Source: Mycobacteriales bacterium
GTDB lineage: Bacteria > Actinomycetota > Actinomycetes > Mycobacteriales > QHCD01
NCBI GenBank assembly: GCA_036497565.1
Contig: DASXJE010000046.1
Coordinates: 15,929-79,928, forward strand
Reading direction: 5' to 3'
DNA length: 64,000 nt
A program made the translations under genes and the position numbers. This document shows positions 11,589 to 21,128 of this stretch, piece by piece (position 1 is the stretch's first letter; each line of letters begins with the position of its first letter). Under the pieces are notes generated by a model, which was given only the letters and a program-made list of their open reading frames with translations, did no database searches and was not told the origin of the DNA.

Positions 11589-11814
11589 TCCAGGCGCCTG
11601 CACTGTGCGGAGGGATGAACGGCTCGGGGCGGATGGGCTCTGCTCTCTTCGGCATCGGCACTCGGGTTCATACGTCGGGGTCCCCGCCCGCCTGGTGTCC
11701 TGGCACCGGGGAAGGTGCGCCAGGGGCTCCCGGCGGGGGGAGGCCTCGTCGTACGGGCTCGGTCGCCGCGGCTGGTGGCGCGGCGGACGGTCGGTGGGCG
11801 TCACGGGTGGGGAG

Positions 11815-12246
11815 TTACAGCACGCCGGGCAGCACCTCCGTCTCCAGATCGGCGAAGGTCTGCTCACGGTCGGCGAGGTAGTGCTCCCAGCTGCCCGTGT
11901 CCCAGATCTCCACCCGTGTGTTGGCGCCGATGACGACGCAGTCCTTCTCCAGCCCGGCGTACTCGCGCAGGCCGGCGGGAATCGTGATCCGCCCCTGCCG
12001 GTCGGGTACCTCATCCGATGCGCTGGCGAAGAACACCCGGCCGTAGTCGCGGACGGCCCGCTGGGTCACCGGTGCCTGCGAGAGCGCCTCGGTCACGCGG
12101 GCGAACTCCTGGACCGGGAAGACGAACAGGCAGCGCTCCTGACCCTTCGTCACCACGACCCCTTCCGCCAGTTCCTCCCGGAACTTCGCCGGCAGGAACA
12201 ACCGGCCCTTGTCATCGAGCCGAGGGTGATGGGTACCGAGAAACAT
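11815..12246 (-). CDS. mraZ: Transcriptional regulator MraZ, 143 aa
   Basis: Residue 69 of ORF 11815..12450 starts [26 protein letters not shown], with a second DxxGR repeat ([13 protein letters not shown]). GGAGGTGGGG SD directly upstream. Confidence 0.93.
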   Translation of the reverse strand: MFLGTHHPRLDDKGRLFLPAKFREELAEGVVVTKGQERCLFVFPVQEFARVTEALSQAPVTQRAVRDYGRVFFASASDEVPDRQGRITIPAGLREYAGLEKDCVVIGANTRVEIWDTGSWEHYLADREQTFADLETEVLPGVL

Positions 12247-12292
12247 CCCCACCTCCCGACGAGATGGAGTGACCCCTCCTCCACCTCGCACC

Positions 12293-12320
12293 ACCCTACC
12301 CCACCACTCCCCACAGTCAA
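12293..12320 (-). promoter_or_regulatory. Candidate dcw (Pmra) promoter: TTGACT, 16-nt spacer, TAGGGT
   Basis: Read on the minus strand. TTGACT is the complement of 12315-12320. TAGGGT is the complement of 12293-12298 and fits the actinobacterial TANNNT -10. It lies about 45 nt upstream of the mraZ ATG. Confidence 0.4.
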
Positions 12321-12366
12321 CGCAAACCACACCCGTCCCGACCTGCGATCCCCACGGGATCCCCAC
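12299..12366 (-). promoter_or_regulatory. Candidate MraZ operator: four GTGGGG boxes in two pairs at 10-11 bp spacing
   Basis: Minus-strand GTGGGG at 12361-12366 and 12350-12355 (11 bp apart), and at 12309-12314 and 12299-12304 (10 bp apart). The second pair fills the spacer of the candidate promoter. Confidence 0.4.
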
Positions 12367-12529
12367 CAGCGCAATCGGAACGTGATCGCGGTCCGGCCTC
12401 GGGGATAGGCGGATCGGCGCATCATTTGACAGACTGCTGATACGGCTCACAGGTCACGGCGATCGCGGGTACCGCTTCGGTGCGGAACCGCCCGTCCCGG
12501 CGCGACCGCTCGGGACGAGGAGGACACGG

Positions 12530-13666
12530 GTGGCGGTGCACAATGCGGTGGACGGGCCATCGCGTCGCGAGGGCGACGACCGATTCGGTCGCGACCCGGA
12601 CGGCGTACTCGACGGGAGACGTCCCGAAGTGATCGGTGCCGGGCCTCCGGGTCGCCTGAACGCCGCCGAGACGCCGAGCCTGGCCGAACTCGACGAGGTC
12701 ATCCAGCGGGTCCGCGGCAACATCGAGCGCGTCATCGAGGGCAAGCCGGAAGCGGTCCGCCTCGCCGTCGTCGTGCTGCTCGCCGAGGGTCATCTGCTGA
12801 TCGAGGACGTCCCGGGCGTCGGCAAGACCAAGCTCGCCAAGGCGCTGGCGCGGTCGATCGACTGTTCGGTACGCCGGGTCCAGTTCACGCCGGACCTGCT
12901 CCCCAGCGACGTCACCGGGGTCAGCGTCTACAACCAGGAGACCCACGACTTCGAGTTCAAGCCGGGCGCCGTGTTCGCCCACCTCGTCGTCGGGGACGAG
13001 ATCAACCGCGCCTCGCCCAAGACCCAGTCGGCGCTGCTGGAGTGCATGGAAGAACGGCAGGTCACGGTCGACGGGACGACGTACATCCTCGAGAGCCCGT
13101 TCATGGTCATCGCGACCCAGAACCCGATCGAGATGGAAGGCACCTACCCGCTGCCGGAGGCGCAGCGCGACCGCTTCATGGCCCGGCTGGCGATGGGCTA
13201 CCCCGACGTGGACGCCGAGGTGAGCATGCTCGCCGACCACGCCGGCAACGACCCGCTCGCCGACCTGTCCCCCGTGTCCGACGCCGCCGAGGTCCGCGAC
13301 CTGATCCAGGCCGTGCACGACATCCACGTCTCGCCGGCCGTACGCCGCTACGCCGTCGACCTGGTCAACGCGACCAGGAAGTCTCCCGATCTGCGACTCG
13401 GTGGTTCTCCGCGCGCGACCCTGCAGCTGCTCCGGGCGGCGAAGGCCAACAGCGCACTGGAGGGGCGTGACTACGTCCTCCCCGACGACATCCAGCAACT
13501 GGCGATCCCGGTACTCGCGCACCGGGTCATCCCCACCGCGGAAGCCCAGATCGCCCGGCGGACCGCCGACGGGATCGTGGCAGACCTGGTCCGGCGGACC
13601 CCGGTGCCGCTGCCGGGAGACCGGGCCGGCGGGCGTGCGGTGCATCGGACCGTGAGTCACCCCTAA
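12530..13666 (+). CDS. MoxR-like AAA+ ATPase (start uncertain; alternative GTG at 12629)
   Basis: ORF 12530..13666. Walker A EDVPGVGKTKLAKALA, Walker B VVGDEINRASPKTQSALLECMEERQVTV. TAATG overlap with the next gene. Confidence 0.88.
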   Translation: MAVHNAVDGPSRREGDDRFGRDPDGVLDGRRPEVIGAGPPGRLNAAETPSLAELDEVIQRVRGNIERVIEGKPEAVRLAVVVLLAEGHLLIEDVPGVGKTKLAKALARSIDCSVRRVQFTPDLLPSDVTGVSVYNQETHDFEFKPGAVFAHLVVGDEINRASPKTQSALLECMEERQVTVDGTTYILESPFMVIATQNPIEMEGTYPLPEAQRDRFMARLAMGYPDVDAEVSMLADHAGNDPLADLSPVSDAAEVRDLIQAVHDIHVSPAVRRYAVDLVNATRKSPDLRLGGSPRATLQLLRAAKANSALEGRDYVLPDDIQQLAIPVLAHRVIPTAEAQIARRTADGIVADLVRRTPVPLPGDRAGGRAVHRTVSHP

Positions 13667-14931
13667 TGTCGGCGATTCGGGGGCTGACCACCCGCGGACG
13701 GTGCCTCCTCGCCGCCGGCTTCGCCGCCGCCATCTGTGCCCTGCTGCTCGGGGAGAAGGACCTGCTGCGGGTCGCGATCCTGCTGCTGGTGCTGCCGATG
13801 GCCTCGGTCGCCGTCGTCGCCCGGGCCCGGTTCCGGCTGTCCTGTGTCCGCAGCATCACCCCGGAGCGGATCGGGGTGGGCCAGACCACCGAGGTGCGAC
13901 TGCGGCTCGAAAACGTCTCGCTACTCACGACATCACTGCTCCTGCTCGAGGACGAACTCCCGTTCAGCCTCGGCAGCCGGCCCCGCTTCACCGCCGAGCG
14001 GCTCGCCCCCCGCCAGCACCGGGTGGTCCGCTATCCGGTGCGCTCCGACGTACGCGGGCGGTTTCGTGTCGGCCCGCTCCGACTGCGGCTGACCGACCCG
14101 TTCGGCCTCGTCGAGCTGACCCGTAGCTTCAGCGCGGTCGACCGGCTGACCGTCGTCCCGGCGACCACCCCGCTGCCCGTCGTGCGGATCGGCGGCGTGT
14201 GGGCGACCGGCGGCGCGGTGACCTCCCGTTCGGTGGCCTCGCGCGGCGAGGACGACGCGGCCACCCGCGAGTACCGCCACGGTGATGACCTGCGCAAGGT
14301 GCACTGGCGGTCGACGGCGCGGGTCGGCAAGCTCATGGTCCGCCGCGAGGAGCAGCCCTGGCAGGCGCGGGCGAGCCTGCTGCTCGACACCCGTGCCGTC
14401 GCTCATCGCGGTGACGGGCCCAGTTCGAGCTTCGAGTGGGCGGTGAGCGCCGCCGCCAGCATCGGCGTGCACCTGATCAGGCGCGGCTTCGCGCTGCAGA
14501 TGCTGACCGACGCGGGCATGCTCGACGCCGGCCTGTCCTCGGCCGACATCCTGCTCGACCACCTCGCCGACATCCGGCCCTCGCGGGTACGGGCCCTCGA
14601 CGACGCCACCGACGCGATCCGCAAGGCGGAGCGCGACGGCACCCTCATCGCCGTACTCGGTAACACCAACGCCGATCAAGCCCGGGTGCTCACCAGCGCG
14701 CGGCCGAGCGTCTCCTCCAACATCGTGATCCTGCTCGACTCGACGTCCTGGCTGACCCTGGGCTCGGAGGCCCGCACCAGGATCGACGCGGCGAACCGGG
14801 AGGCGACGACCGTCTTCGCGCAAGCCGGCTGGCATGTCATCCAGGCCGGGCGGGGCAGCTCGCTGGCCGAGGTCTGGTCGCAGGTGGGCGCCACGTCGTT
14901 CGCGGCCCCGGTGGTGGCGGGCGCCCGGTGA
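13666..14931 (+). CDS. DUF58 family protein (MoxR-associated, VWA-like), 421 aa
   Basis: ORF 13666..14931. Two N-terminal TM helices and the typical REYRHGDDLRKVHWRSTARVGKLMVRREE motif. Confidence 0.85.
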   Translation: MSAIRGLTTRGRCLLAAGFAAAICALLLGEKDLLRVAILLLVLPMASVAVVARARFRLSCVRSITPERIGVGQTTEVRLRLENVSLLTTSLLLLEDELPFSLGSRPRFTAERLAPRQHRVVRYPVRSDVRGRFRVGPLRLRLTDPFGLVELTRSFSAVDRLTVVPATTPLPVVRIGGVWATGGAVTSRSVASRGEDDAATREYRHGDDLRKVHWRSTARVGKLMVRREEQPWQARASLLLDTRAVAHRGDGPSSSFEWAVSAAASIGVHLIRRGFALQMLTDAGMLDAGLSSADILLDHLADIRPSRVRALDDATDAIRKAERDGTLIAVLGNTNADQARVLTSARPSVSSNIVILLDSTSWLTLGSEARTRIDAANREATTVFAQAGWHVIQAGRGSSLAEVWSQVGATSFAAPVVAGAR

Positions 14932-17327
14932 CCGCACCGACGCGGCTCACGCTCGCCGCAGGACTGGCCACCGTCCTCGGCGCGATACCCCTGGCCGGCG
15001 GCTTCGCGCAGCAGAGCTGGCTCTGGTACGCCGCCGCCGCGGTGGCCGCCGTGGCCGGCGTCGGCATCCTGGCCCGGCACTTCCACGTCCCGGCCGTCGC
15101 GATCCCGGTGTTGCAGGTGCTCGGCCTGCTCCTCTACTACACCGTCGTGTTCGCCGGTGGCAGCTCATTCCTCGGGGTGGTGCCCGGGCCGGGGACCTTC
15201 GAGGACCTCAACGCCATGCTCACCGCGGCGATGCACGACATCCAGTTCCTCGCCGCGCCGGTACCTACCCGCACCGAGCTGATCGTGCTCGCGGCGCTGT
15301 CGATCGGGCTGGTCGCCATCATCGTCGACGTCCTCGCGGTGACCCTGCGCCGGCCGGCGGTGGCGGGGCTCGCCATGCTGGCCCTCTTCGCCGTCGCGAC
15401 TTCGGTCGGCGGCGGCGTGCTGTGGGCGGAGTTCCTGCTCGCGGCAGTGGGCTTCCTACTGCTGCTCGCCGTCGAGGGTCGGGAGCGGCTGGTGCGGTGG
15501 GGACGGCTGGTCGTCGACGACGACCGCGAGCCGGCCGGCGGGACGAGACCGATCTCGGTACGCGTCCCGCGGCACAGCTCCGCCGGCCGGATCGGGGTGG
15601 TCGCCCTGGCCGCCGCCCTCGTCGTACCACCGTTCGTGCCGGGCTTCACCAGCAACGTCTTGAGCCACATCGGTCGTGGCCCGGGATCGGGGTCCGGGTC
15701 GGGCGCCACCGGCGCCCAGATCGACCCGTTCACCAACCTGCAGGGCCAACTCTCCCAGGACGCGACCTTCAACCTGCTGAAGGTCTCCGCCAGCGTGGAT
15801 CAGCCCTACTACCTGCGCACCACCACCCTCGACCGCTACACGTCGGCCGGCTGGCGGCTCGGCCCCGGTGACCGCGACTCGGTCGGCCTCGGGCCCAACC
15901 TGCCGCTGCCCGACCCGGTGGCCTCGCTGCGCGACGTCGGGCAGAGCCGCCGGGTGTCGGCCCGCATCACGGTCGAGCGCTACACCGACAACTACTTGCC
16001 CGTCTACTACGCCCCGACCTCCGTCCGGGGACTCGGCGACGAGTGGCGCTACGAGAACGACCGCGCCGACATCCGATCTGACCACGGGACGACCCGGCCC
16101 GGCCTGGCCTACACGGTGACCGCGATCGAACCCAAGCCGACCAAGGCGCACCTCGAGCAGGCCAAGCAGCTTCCGCCGGACAGCCCGATACAGCTGCAGT
16201 GGGGTGCGACGCCCACCGTGCGCCCCGAGGTGGGCCGGACCACCGCCGAGGTGATCGCCGGCGCGCGCACGCCGTTCGACCGTGCGGTCGCGCTCTACAA
16301 GTACTTCACCGACGGGACGCACGGCTTCCAGTACAGCCTGCAGACCAAGCACGGCCCGACCAGCGATCAGCTGCTGAACTTCCTGACCAACAAGCAGGGA
16401 TTCTGCGAGCAGTACGCGTCGGCGATGGCGGTGATGCTCCGACTGGCCGGCGTCCCGTCCCGGGTCGTCCTGGGTTACACCGCCGGCACGCACAACGTCG
16501 ACGGCTCGTGGACGATCACCAACCACGACGCCCACGCCTGGGTGGAGGCCTACCTCGACCAGGTCGGCTGGGTGTCGTTCGATCCGACCCCGTTGAGCGA
16601 CGGCCGGAGCCAGACCGGCCCCTATCTGCCCACGCCGCCCAACCAGATCCCCCTCGGCGGCACCCGGCGCGGGACATCCGGGGCAACGCCGGCGCCGCGA
16701 TCGACGCCGCACGCGCCGGCGGGCGCCCTCTCCGGGACGCACACGCCGGGCAGCGGTGGCGGATCGTCGACGGGCGGGATCGCCCCGGCCACGCTTGGCC
16801 TGTGGCTGGCCGTCGCGGTGCTCGTGGGCCTGCTCGCCGTCCCGGCGGTCACCCGCCGGGTGCAGCGCCGACGCCGGCTGCGGATCGGAGCAGGTGCTGA
16901 TCCCGCAGCCGCGGCCGGGTCGGCGTGGGACGAGGTGGTCTCCGACGCCCAGGACTACGGGATCGAGTTGTCGGCGATGCATTCCCCCCGGACGGCCGTC
17001 ACCATGCTGACCGCCGACCGGCAGCTGCCCGAATCGGCGATCGCCGGGCTGCGCCTCGTCGCACTGGCCGAGGAACGGTCCCGCTACGCACGCACCGCCG
17101 GGGTCGACGGCGATCTTCCCGGCGCGCTGGCGGCGATCCGTCGGGGCTTCGCGCGCGAAGCCGGCTGGCCCCGGCGGATCCGGGTCGTGGTGGCGCCGCC
17201 GTCGACGCTGCAGACGGCGGGCCGGGCGGTGCAGTCGACGGCCCGGGACGTCGAGCGGGCCCGGCGCGGCGTCGGGGACCTGCCGAGGCGGATCTGGCCG
17301 GCCCGGCCGCGCGGGGCACAGCACTAG
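14928..17327 (+). CDS. Transglutaminase-domain membrane protein, 799 aa
   Basis: ORF 14928..17327, GTGA overlap with DUF58. Multi-TM N-terminus, then a transglutaminase core with Cys/His/Asp (QGFCEQYASAMAVMLR ... HAWVEAYLDQVGWVSFDPTP), then a further TM. Confidence 0.85.
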   Translation: MTAPTRLTLAAGLATVLGAIPLAGGFAQQSWLWYAAAAVAAVAGVGILARHFHVPAVAIPVLQVLGLLLYYTVVFAGGSSFLGVVPGPGTFEDLNAMLTAAMHDIQFLAAPVPTRTELIVLAALSIGLVAIIVDVLAVTLRRPAVAGLAMLALFAVATSVGGGVLWAEFLLAAVGFLLLLAVEGRERLVRWGRLVVDDDREPAGGTRPISVRVPRHSSAGRIGVVALAAALVVPPFVPGFTSNVLSHIGRGPGSGSGSGATGAQIDPFTNLQGQLSQDATFNLLKVSASVDQPYYLRTTTLDRYTSAGWRLGPGDRDSVGLGPNLPLPDPVASLRDVGQSRRVSARITVERYTDNYLPVYYAPTSVRGLGDEWRYENDRADIRSDHGTTRPGLAYTVTAIEPKPTKAHLEQAKQLPPDSPIQLQWGATPTVRPEVGRTTAEVIAGARTPFDRAVALYKYFTDGTHGFQYSLQTKHGPTSDQLLNFLTNKQGFCEQYASAMAVMLRLAGVPSRVVLGYTAGTHNVDGSWTITNHDAHAWVEAYLDQVGWVSFDPTPLSDGRSQTGPYLPTPPNQIPLGGTRRGTSGATPAPRSTPHAPAGALSGTHTPGSGGGSSTGGIAPATLGLWLAVAVLVGLLAVPAVTRRVQRRRRLRIGAGADPAAAAGSAWDEVVSDAQDYGIELSAMHSPRTAVTMLTADRQLPESAIAGLRLVALAEERSRYARTAGVDGDLPGALAAIRRGFAREAGWPRRIRVVVAPPSTLQTAGRAVQSTARDVERARRGVGDLPRRIWPARPRGAQH

Positions 17328-17353
17328 AACCGGCCACAACGCCGACCGAGAAG

Positions 17354-17375
17354 GGCCGGCCGGGAAGGGCCGGCC
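17354..17375. terminator. GC hairpin between convergent genes (GGCCGGCC-GGGAAG-GGCCGGCC)
   Basis: Two copies of the self-complementary octamer GGCCGGCC separated by 6 nt, inside a tandem GAAGGGCCGGCCGG duplication. Located between the transglutaminase stop (17327) and the DUF3040 stop (17392). No U-tract. Confidence 0.3.
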
Positions 17376-17391
17376 GGGAAGGGTGGGGCGG

Positions 17392-17832
17392 CTAGCGCTC
17401 GTCGAAGCGGCGGTGGAAGCGCTCTTCCATCCGCTGCACCATTGAGGACTTCGAGGAGTTCGGGGACTTCTTGCGCCGCGCCGGCTTGGTCCGCGTCTGT
17501 GCCTCGGTGGCGCCTTGCTTCTCGGCGACGCGCAGCTCGGGCTTGCCGGTGAGCCGCTTGTACTGCGACCAGCCGTAGAGCGCCGATCCGAGCATGATGC
17601 AGAACCCGAGGACACCGAGCACCGGAACCCCGGCGACGAGCCGGTTGAAGATCACCCCGGCGAGGAGGACTCCCAGCCCGACGACGAAGAGAGCCGCGGC
17701 GCGCCGGATCCGGCGCCGGGCCACGGTTCGCAGGTCGGTCGCCCGCACCGTCGAGGCAAACTTCGGATCCTCGGCGTACAGAGCCTGCTCGATCTGCTCG
17801 AGCAGACGCTGCTCATGCTCCGAGAGCGGCAC
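17392..17832 (-). CDS. DUF3040 family membrane protein, 146 aa
   Basis: Residue 37 (GTG) of ORF 17392..17940 starts VPLSEHEQRLLEQIEQALYAEDPKFA, the typical DUF3040 N-terminus. Two TM helices follow. Confidence 0.8.
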   Translation of the reverse strand: MPLSEHEQRLLEQIEQALYAEDPKFASTVRATDLRTVARRRIRRAAALFVVGLGVLLAGVIFNRLVAGVPVLGVLGFCIMLGSALYGWSQYKRLTGKPELRVAEKQGATEAQTRTKPARRKKSPNSSKSSMVQRMEERFHRRFDER

Positions 17833-17976
17833 GGCGCTCCTCCCAGCAGTGCAGCCGCTGCGGGGGAACCTCGCGGCGGTGGTGGCGACGGCGGGTCGAC
17901 TTGCCACCCACCACCTCTGAGGATACGAGCACAACGGCACGCGCGAAAGGCGGAGTCCCCGGATGGCGCGCCGACA

Positions 17977-19224
17977 TCAGGTCTCTCGTCCTCCTTGGGG
18001 TGGTTCGTGGACCAACGAGGCCGGCCGGACGGCGTCCGCGCCGAACCGGCGGGTGGCCGCATCGATCGCCCGGTCGGCGTCCTGCCAGCCGTGGGCCGGC
18101 GCTCCGAGCCGCAACTGCTCGGCGGTCCCGCCCTCGTCGGCCAGCCCTTCGACGCGTACGCCGATCAGCCGGACCGGCGCGCCGGCCCGGTCCAGAGCGT
18201 CGAAGAGGGACCGGGCGACCGCGTAGACCTCCTGGCCCACGTCGGTCGGCCGGGACAGCGTCCGGGACCTGGTGAGCGTGGTGAAATCGGCCAGCCGCAC
18301 CTTGATCGACACCGTGCGGCCGTGCTGCCCGCCCGCGCGCAGCCGGGCCGCGGTCTGGGCGGCGAGCCGGAGCAGCTCGCGGTGAATCACCTCGGGGTCG
18401 GCGACGTCGAGGTCGAAGGTCCGCTCGGCGCCGACGGACTTCTCCGGGTCCCGCGGCTCCACCTGGCGGGGGTCGTGCCCGTGCGCGAGCGCGGACAGGT
18501 GGGCCGCCCCGGCCACCCCGAGGACGCCGCGCAGCCGGGCGACGGGCATGGCCGCGACGTCGCCGACGAGGCGCACCCCGATCCGGCGCAACTGCTCCTC
18601 GGTCCGTTCGCCGACTCCCCAGAGCGCCGCGACCGGCAGCGGGTGAAGGAAGTCGGTCACCGAGGCGGCGGGGACGACGAGCAGGCCGTCGGGCTTGCAC
18701 CGGGCGGAGGCGACCTTGGCGACGAACTTCGTCGGCGCGATCCCGACCGACGCGGTCAGCCCCTGCTCCCGGCTGATCCGGTCGCGGATCAGCGCGCCGA
18801 TCGCGGCCGGCGCGCCGAGCCGACGCTGGGCACCGGCGACGTCGAGGAACGCCTCGTCCAGGGAGAGCGGCTCCACCAACGGCGTGACCGCACGGAAGAT
18901 GTCCATGACGGCACGCGAGACCTCGACGTAGCCGGCGATGTCCGGCGGCACGACGACCGCGTGCGGACACAGCCGCCGGGCCCGGCCCATGGGCATCGCG
19001 CTGCGCACGCCGTAACGACGGGCCTCGTAACTCGCCGAGCTGACCACGCCCCGCGGGCCCACCCCGCCGACGATCACCGGGCGCGCCGCAAGCTCCGGGC
19101 GACGTCGGACCTCGACGCTGGCATAGAACGCATCCATGTCGACGTGCAGGATGCGGCATCCGGTGTCGTCACCGGGCGGTCCCGGCGGAGGTCCGGTGCG
19201 TGGCAGCTGCTGACTGCGCCCCAT
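17977..19224 (-). CDS. dinB: DNA polymerase IV (Y-family), 415 aa
   Basis: ORF 17977..19224. Contains ILHVDMDAFYASVE, SSASYEARRYGVRSAMP and SIDEAFLDV-like LSLDEAFLDV motifs. Confidence 0.9.
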   Translation of the reverse strand: MGRSQQLPRTGPPPGPPGDDTGCRILHVDMDAFYASVEVRRRPELAARPVIVGGVGPRGVVSSASYEARRYGVRSAMPMGRARRLCPHAVVVPPDIAGYVEVSRAVMDIFRAVTPLVEPLSLDEAFLDVAGAQRRLGAPAAIGALIRDRISREQGLTASVGIAPTKFVAKVASARCKPDGLLVVPAASVTDFLHPLPVAALWGVGERTEEQLRRIGVRLVGDVAAMPVARLRGVLGVAGAAHLSALAHGHDPRQVEPRDPEKSVGAERTFDLDVADPEVIHRELLRLAAQTAARLRAGGQHGRTVSIKVRLADFTTLTRSRTLSRPTDVGQEVYAVARSLFDALDRAGAPVRLIGVRVEGLADEGGTAEQLRLGAPAHGWQDADRAIDAATRRFGADAVRPASLVHEPPQGGRET

Positions 19225-19335
19225 GGCTGGCCGGTGACCTCCTTCGCGGGCGACTCGGGTCGTTGCTGCGGACAGTACCGCCCGGGACCGACCGGCAGCG
19301 GTCAGCGGAGCGGCGCCGCCCGCCCGCGCCGGCGG

Positions 19336-20058
19336 TCAGCTCCGACGGGCCAGCACATGTACCTGCGCGGCGATGTCCCGGTACGGCGGGAGCGCGCAGG
19401 CGTCGAGCTCGAGCTGGTGCAGCTCCTCGACGACCCCCGGATGGCCCTCGGCGACGGATCCGGGGACGAGGTCGGCGAAGACCCGGATGCCGTGTACCTG
19501 CTCGACCGTGAGATCAGCCGCGTCGAGCAGCGCAGCGATGCCGTCCACGTCGAACCGGCGCCGGACCGCGTCACCGGCGCCCCAGCGGCCGTCCGGGTCG
19601 TGCAGCACCTGCCGGGCCTGCGCCGGCTGCCCGGCCAGGGCGCGGGCAAGGACGGCCGCCGTGCGATTGGCCACCACCAGGCTCAGGGCGCCGGCGGGGC
19701 GCAGCGTCTGCGCCAGCGACGCGACCGCCGCGGCCGGGTCGTCGACGACCTCGAGCACGCTGTGACAGAGCACCACATCGTGGGCGTCGGCGGGCACGAC
19801 GTCGAGCAGGGTGTCGAGGTCGCCCTGCAGCGCCTCGACCCGCTCGTCCACGCCGGCCTCGGCCGCCCGGCGGCGCAGGGTGGCCAGCGCGTCGGCGCTG
19901 GCGTCGATCACGGTCACGGTGGCGCCGCGCTCCGCGAGAGGTACGGCGAGGACCCCGCTTCCGCCGCCGACGTCGAGGACGCGCGGTGCGCGGGCGACCC
20001 CGTCGAGTTCGGCGAGCAGCACCGACCAGACCACGCCGGGCGGTGCTGTCGCTCTCAC
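19336..20058 (-). CDS. Class I SAM-dependent methyltransferase, 240 aa
   Basis: ORF 19336..20058. SAM motif I VLDVGGGSGVLAVPLA. GTGA overlap with the upstream MetE-like gene. Confidence 0.8.
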   Translation of the reverse strand: MRATAPPGVVWSVLLAELDGVARAPRVLDVGGGSGVLAVPLAERGATVTVIDASADALATLRRRAAEAGVDERVEALQGDLDTLLDVVPADAHDVVLCHSVLEVVDDPAAAVASLAQTLRPAGALSLVVANRTAAVLARALAGQPAQARQVLHDPDGRWGAGDAVRRRFDVDGIAALLDAADLTVEQVHGIRVFADLVPGSVAEGHPGVVEELHQLELDACALPPYRDIAAQVHVLARRS

Positions 20059-21128
20059 GCGGGACCGCCTCGTGGGTGGTCGTCGGCGTCCCGGCCGTCG
20101 CCGGCCGAACGGCCGGACAGGGCGCGGGGCTCGGGGGCCTCGACGAGCCGGGCGGCCGCCTCGCGGCAGCGGGCGAGCGCGCGGCGGGCGTAGGCCGGCG
20201 ACGCTCCGGCCAGGCCACAGCCCGGGCTGAGCACCACCGTCGCGGCAAGGTCACCGGCCGGGAATCCCAGGCGCTGCCACAGCCGGCGCGCCGGGTCGGC
20301 GAGCACGTCCGCGCTCCCGAGCTCGGAATCGACGCCCGCCGCCACCCCGAGTACGAGGGTGAGACCGGCCTCCACCGCCTCCCCCAGCGCTTCGTCGTGT
20401 CGCTCGCCGAGCAGCGCCGCGTCGAGCGACAGGCCGGCCACCCCCGAGGTCCGGAGCAGCTCGATCGGCGGGTCGGCGGCGCAGCAATGCACCAGCACCG
20501 GAGCGTCGAGCGCGTCGACGAGCGCGGAGAGCGCGGCACCGGCCCGGTTCGCCTCCACGGCCGCGAGCGCGCCGTAGCCGCTGGCGGTGGGCACCCGCCC
20601 GGCCAGGACCCGCGGGAGCGACGGCTCGTCGATCTGGACGACGAGGCGGGCGCCGGGCACCCGGCGCCGCACGTCGGCGAGGTGCCGGCGCAGGCCTTCG
20701 GTGAGCGACGCGGTCAGGTCGCGCACCGCGCCCGGGTCGGCCAGCGCCTTGTCCCCGCGCGGCAGCTCGACCTCGGACGCCATGGTCCACGGGCCCGCGG
20801 CCTGCACCTTCAGGACGCCGGTGAACTCGTCGACCGCCTCCTGCAGGGCGTCGAGGTCGCGGGCGAGGAAGTCCCACGCCCGGCGGAGATCCATCCCGGG
20901 CCGGGGCACCAGCCGCCACCCGGACGGCTGCAGGTCGACGGCGAGGTCGACGAGCAGACCCGCGGTGCGGCCCACCATGTCCGCACCCGGGCCGCGGGCC
21001 GGCAACTCCGGCAGGAACGGCAGGTCGGGGACCTCGCCGACGACGAGCCTGGCTGTCTCGAGCGGGTCGGTGCCGGGCATCGAGCCCGCTCCGGTCGCCG
21101 TTCCTGCCGGTAGGTCGATTCCGGTCAC
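20055..21128 (-). CDS. Cobalamin-independent methionine synthase (MetE C-terminal/UROD-fold)-like protein of unknown function, 357 aa
   Basis: Residue 74 (GTG) of ORF 20055..21347 starts [25 protein letters not shown] recognise it as the conserved actinobacterial methionine-synthase-like family (IDEPSL, HCCA segments). GTGA overlap with the mnmA stop. Family assignment is from memory and was not searched. Confidence 0.65.
   Translation of the reverse strand: MTGIDLPAGTATGAGSMPGTDPLETARLVVGEVPDLPFLPELPARGPGADMVGRTAGLLVDLAVDLQPSGWRLVPRPGMDLRRAWDFLARDLDALQEAVDEFTGVLKVQAAGPWTMASEVELPRGDKALADPGAVRDLTASLTEGLRRHLADVRRRVPGARLVVQIDEPSLPRVLAGRVPTASGYGALAAVEANRAGAALSALVDALDAPVLVHCCAADPPIELLRTSGVAGLSLDAALLGERHDEALGEAVEAGLTLVLGVAAGVDSELGSADVLADPARRLWQRLGFPAGDLAATVVLSPGCGLAGASPAYARRALARCREAAARLVEAPEPRALSGRSAGDGRDADDHPRGGPA

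Noticed and set aside
17515-20193. Very long ORFs on the strand opposite to clear genes. Examples: 17515..20193 + (892 aa), 56104..58998 + (964 aa), 15456..17615 - (719 aa), 5086..6726 + (546 aa), 512..1396 + (294 aa), 38830..40446 - (538 aa).
   Set aside because: Their translations are monotonous Arg/Pro/Gly/Ala-rich strings with no motifs. They lie antisense to, or out of frame with, genes that carry unmistakable catalytic motifs. Stop codons are simply rare in off-frames of very GC-rich DNA.
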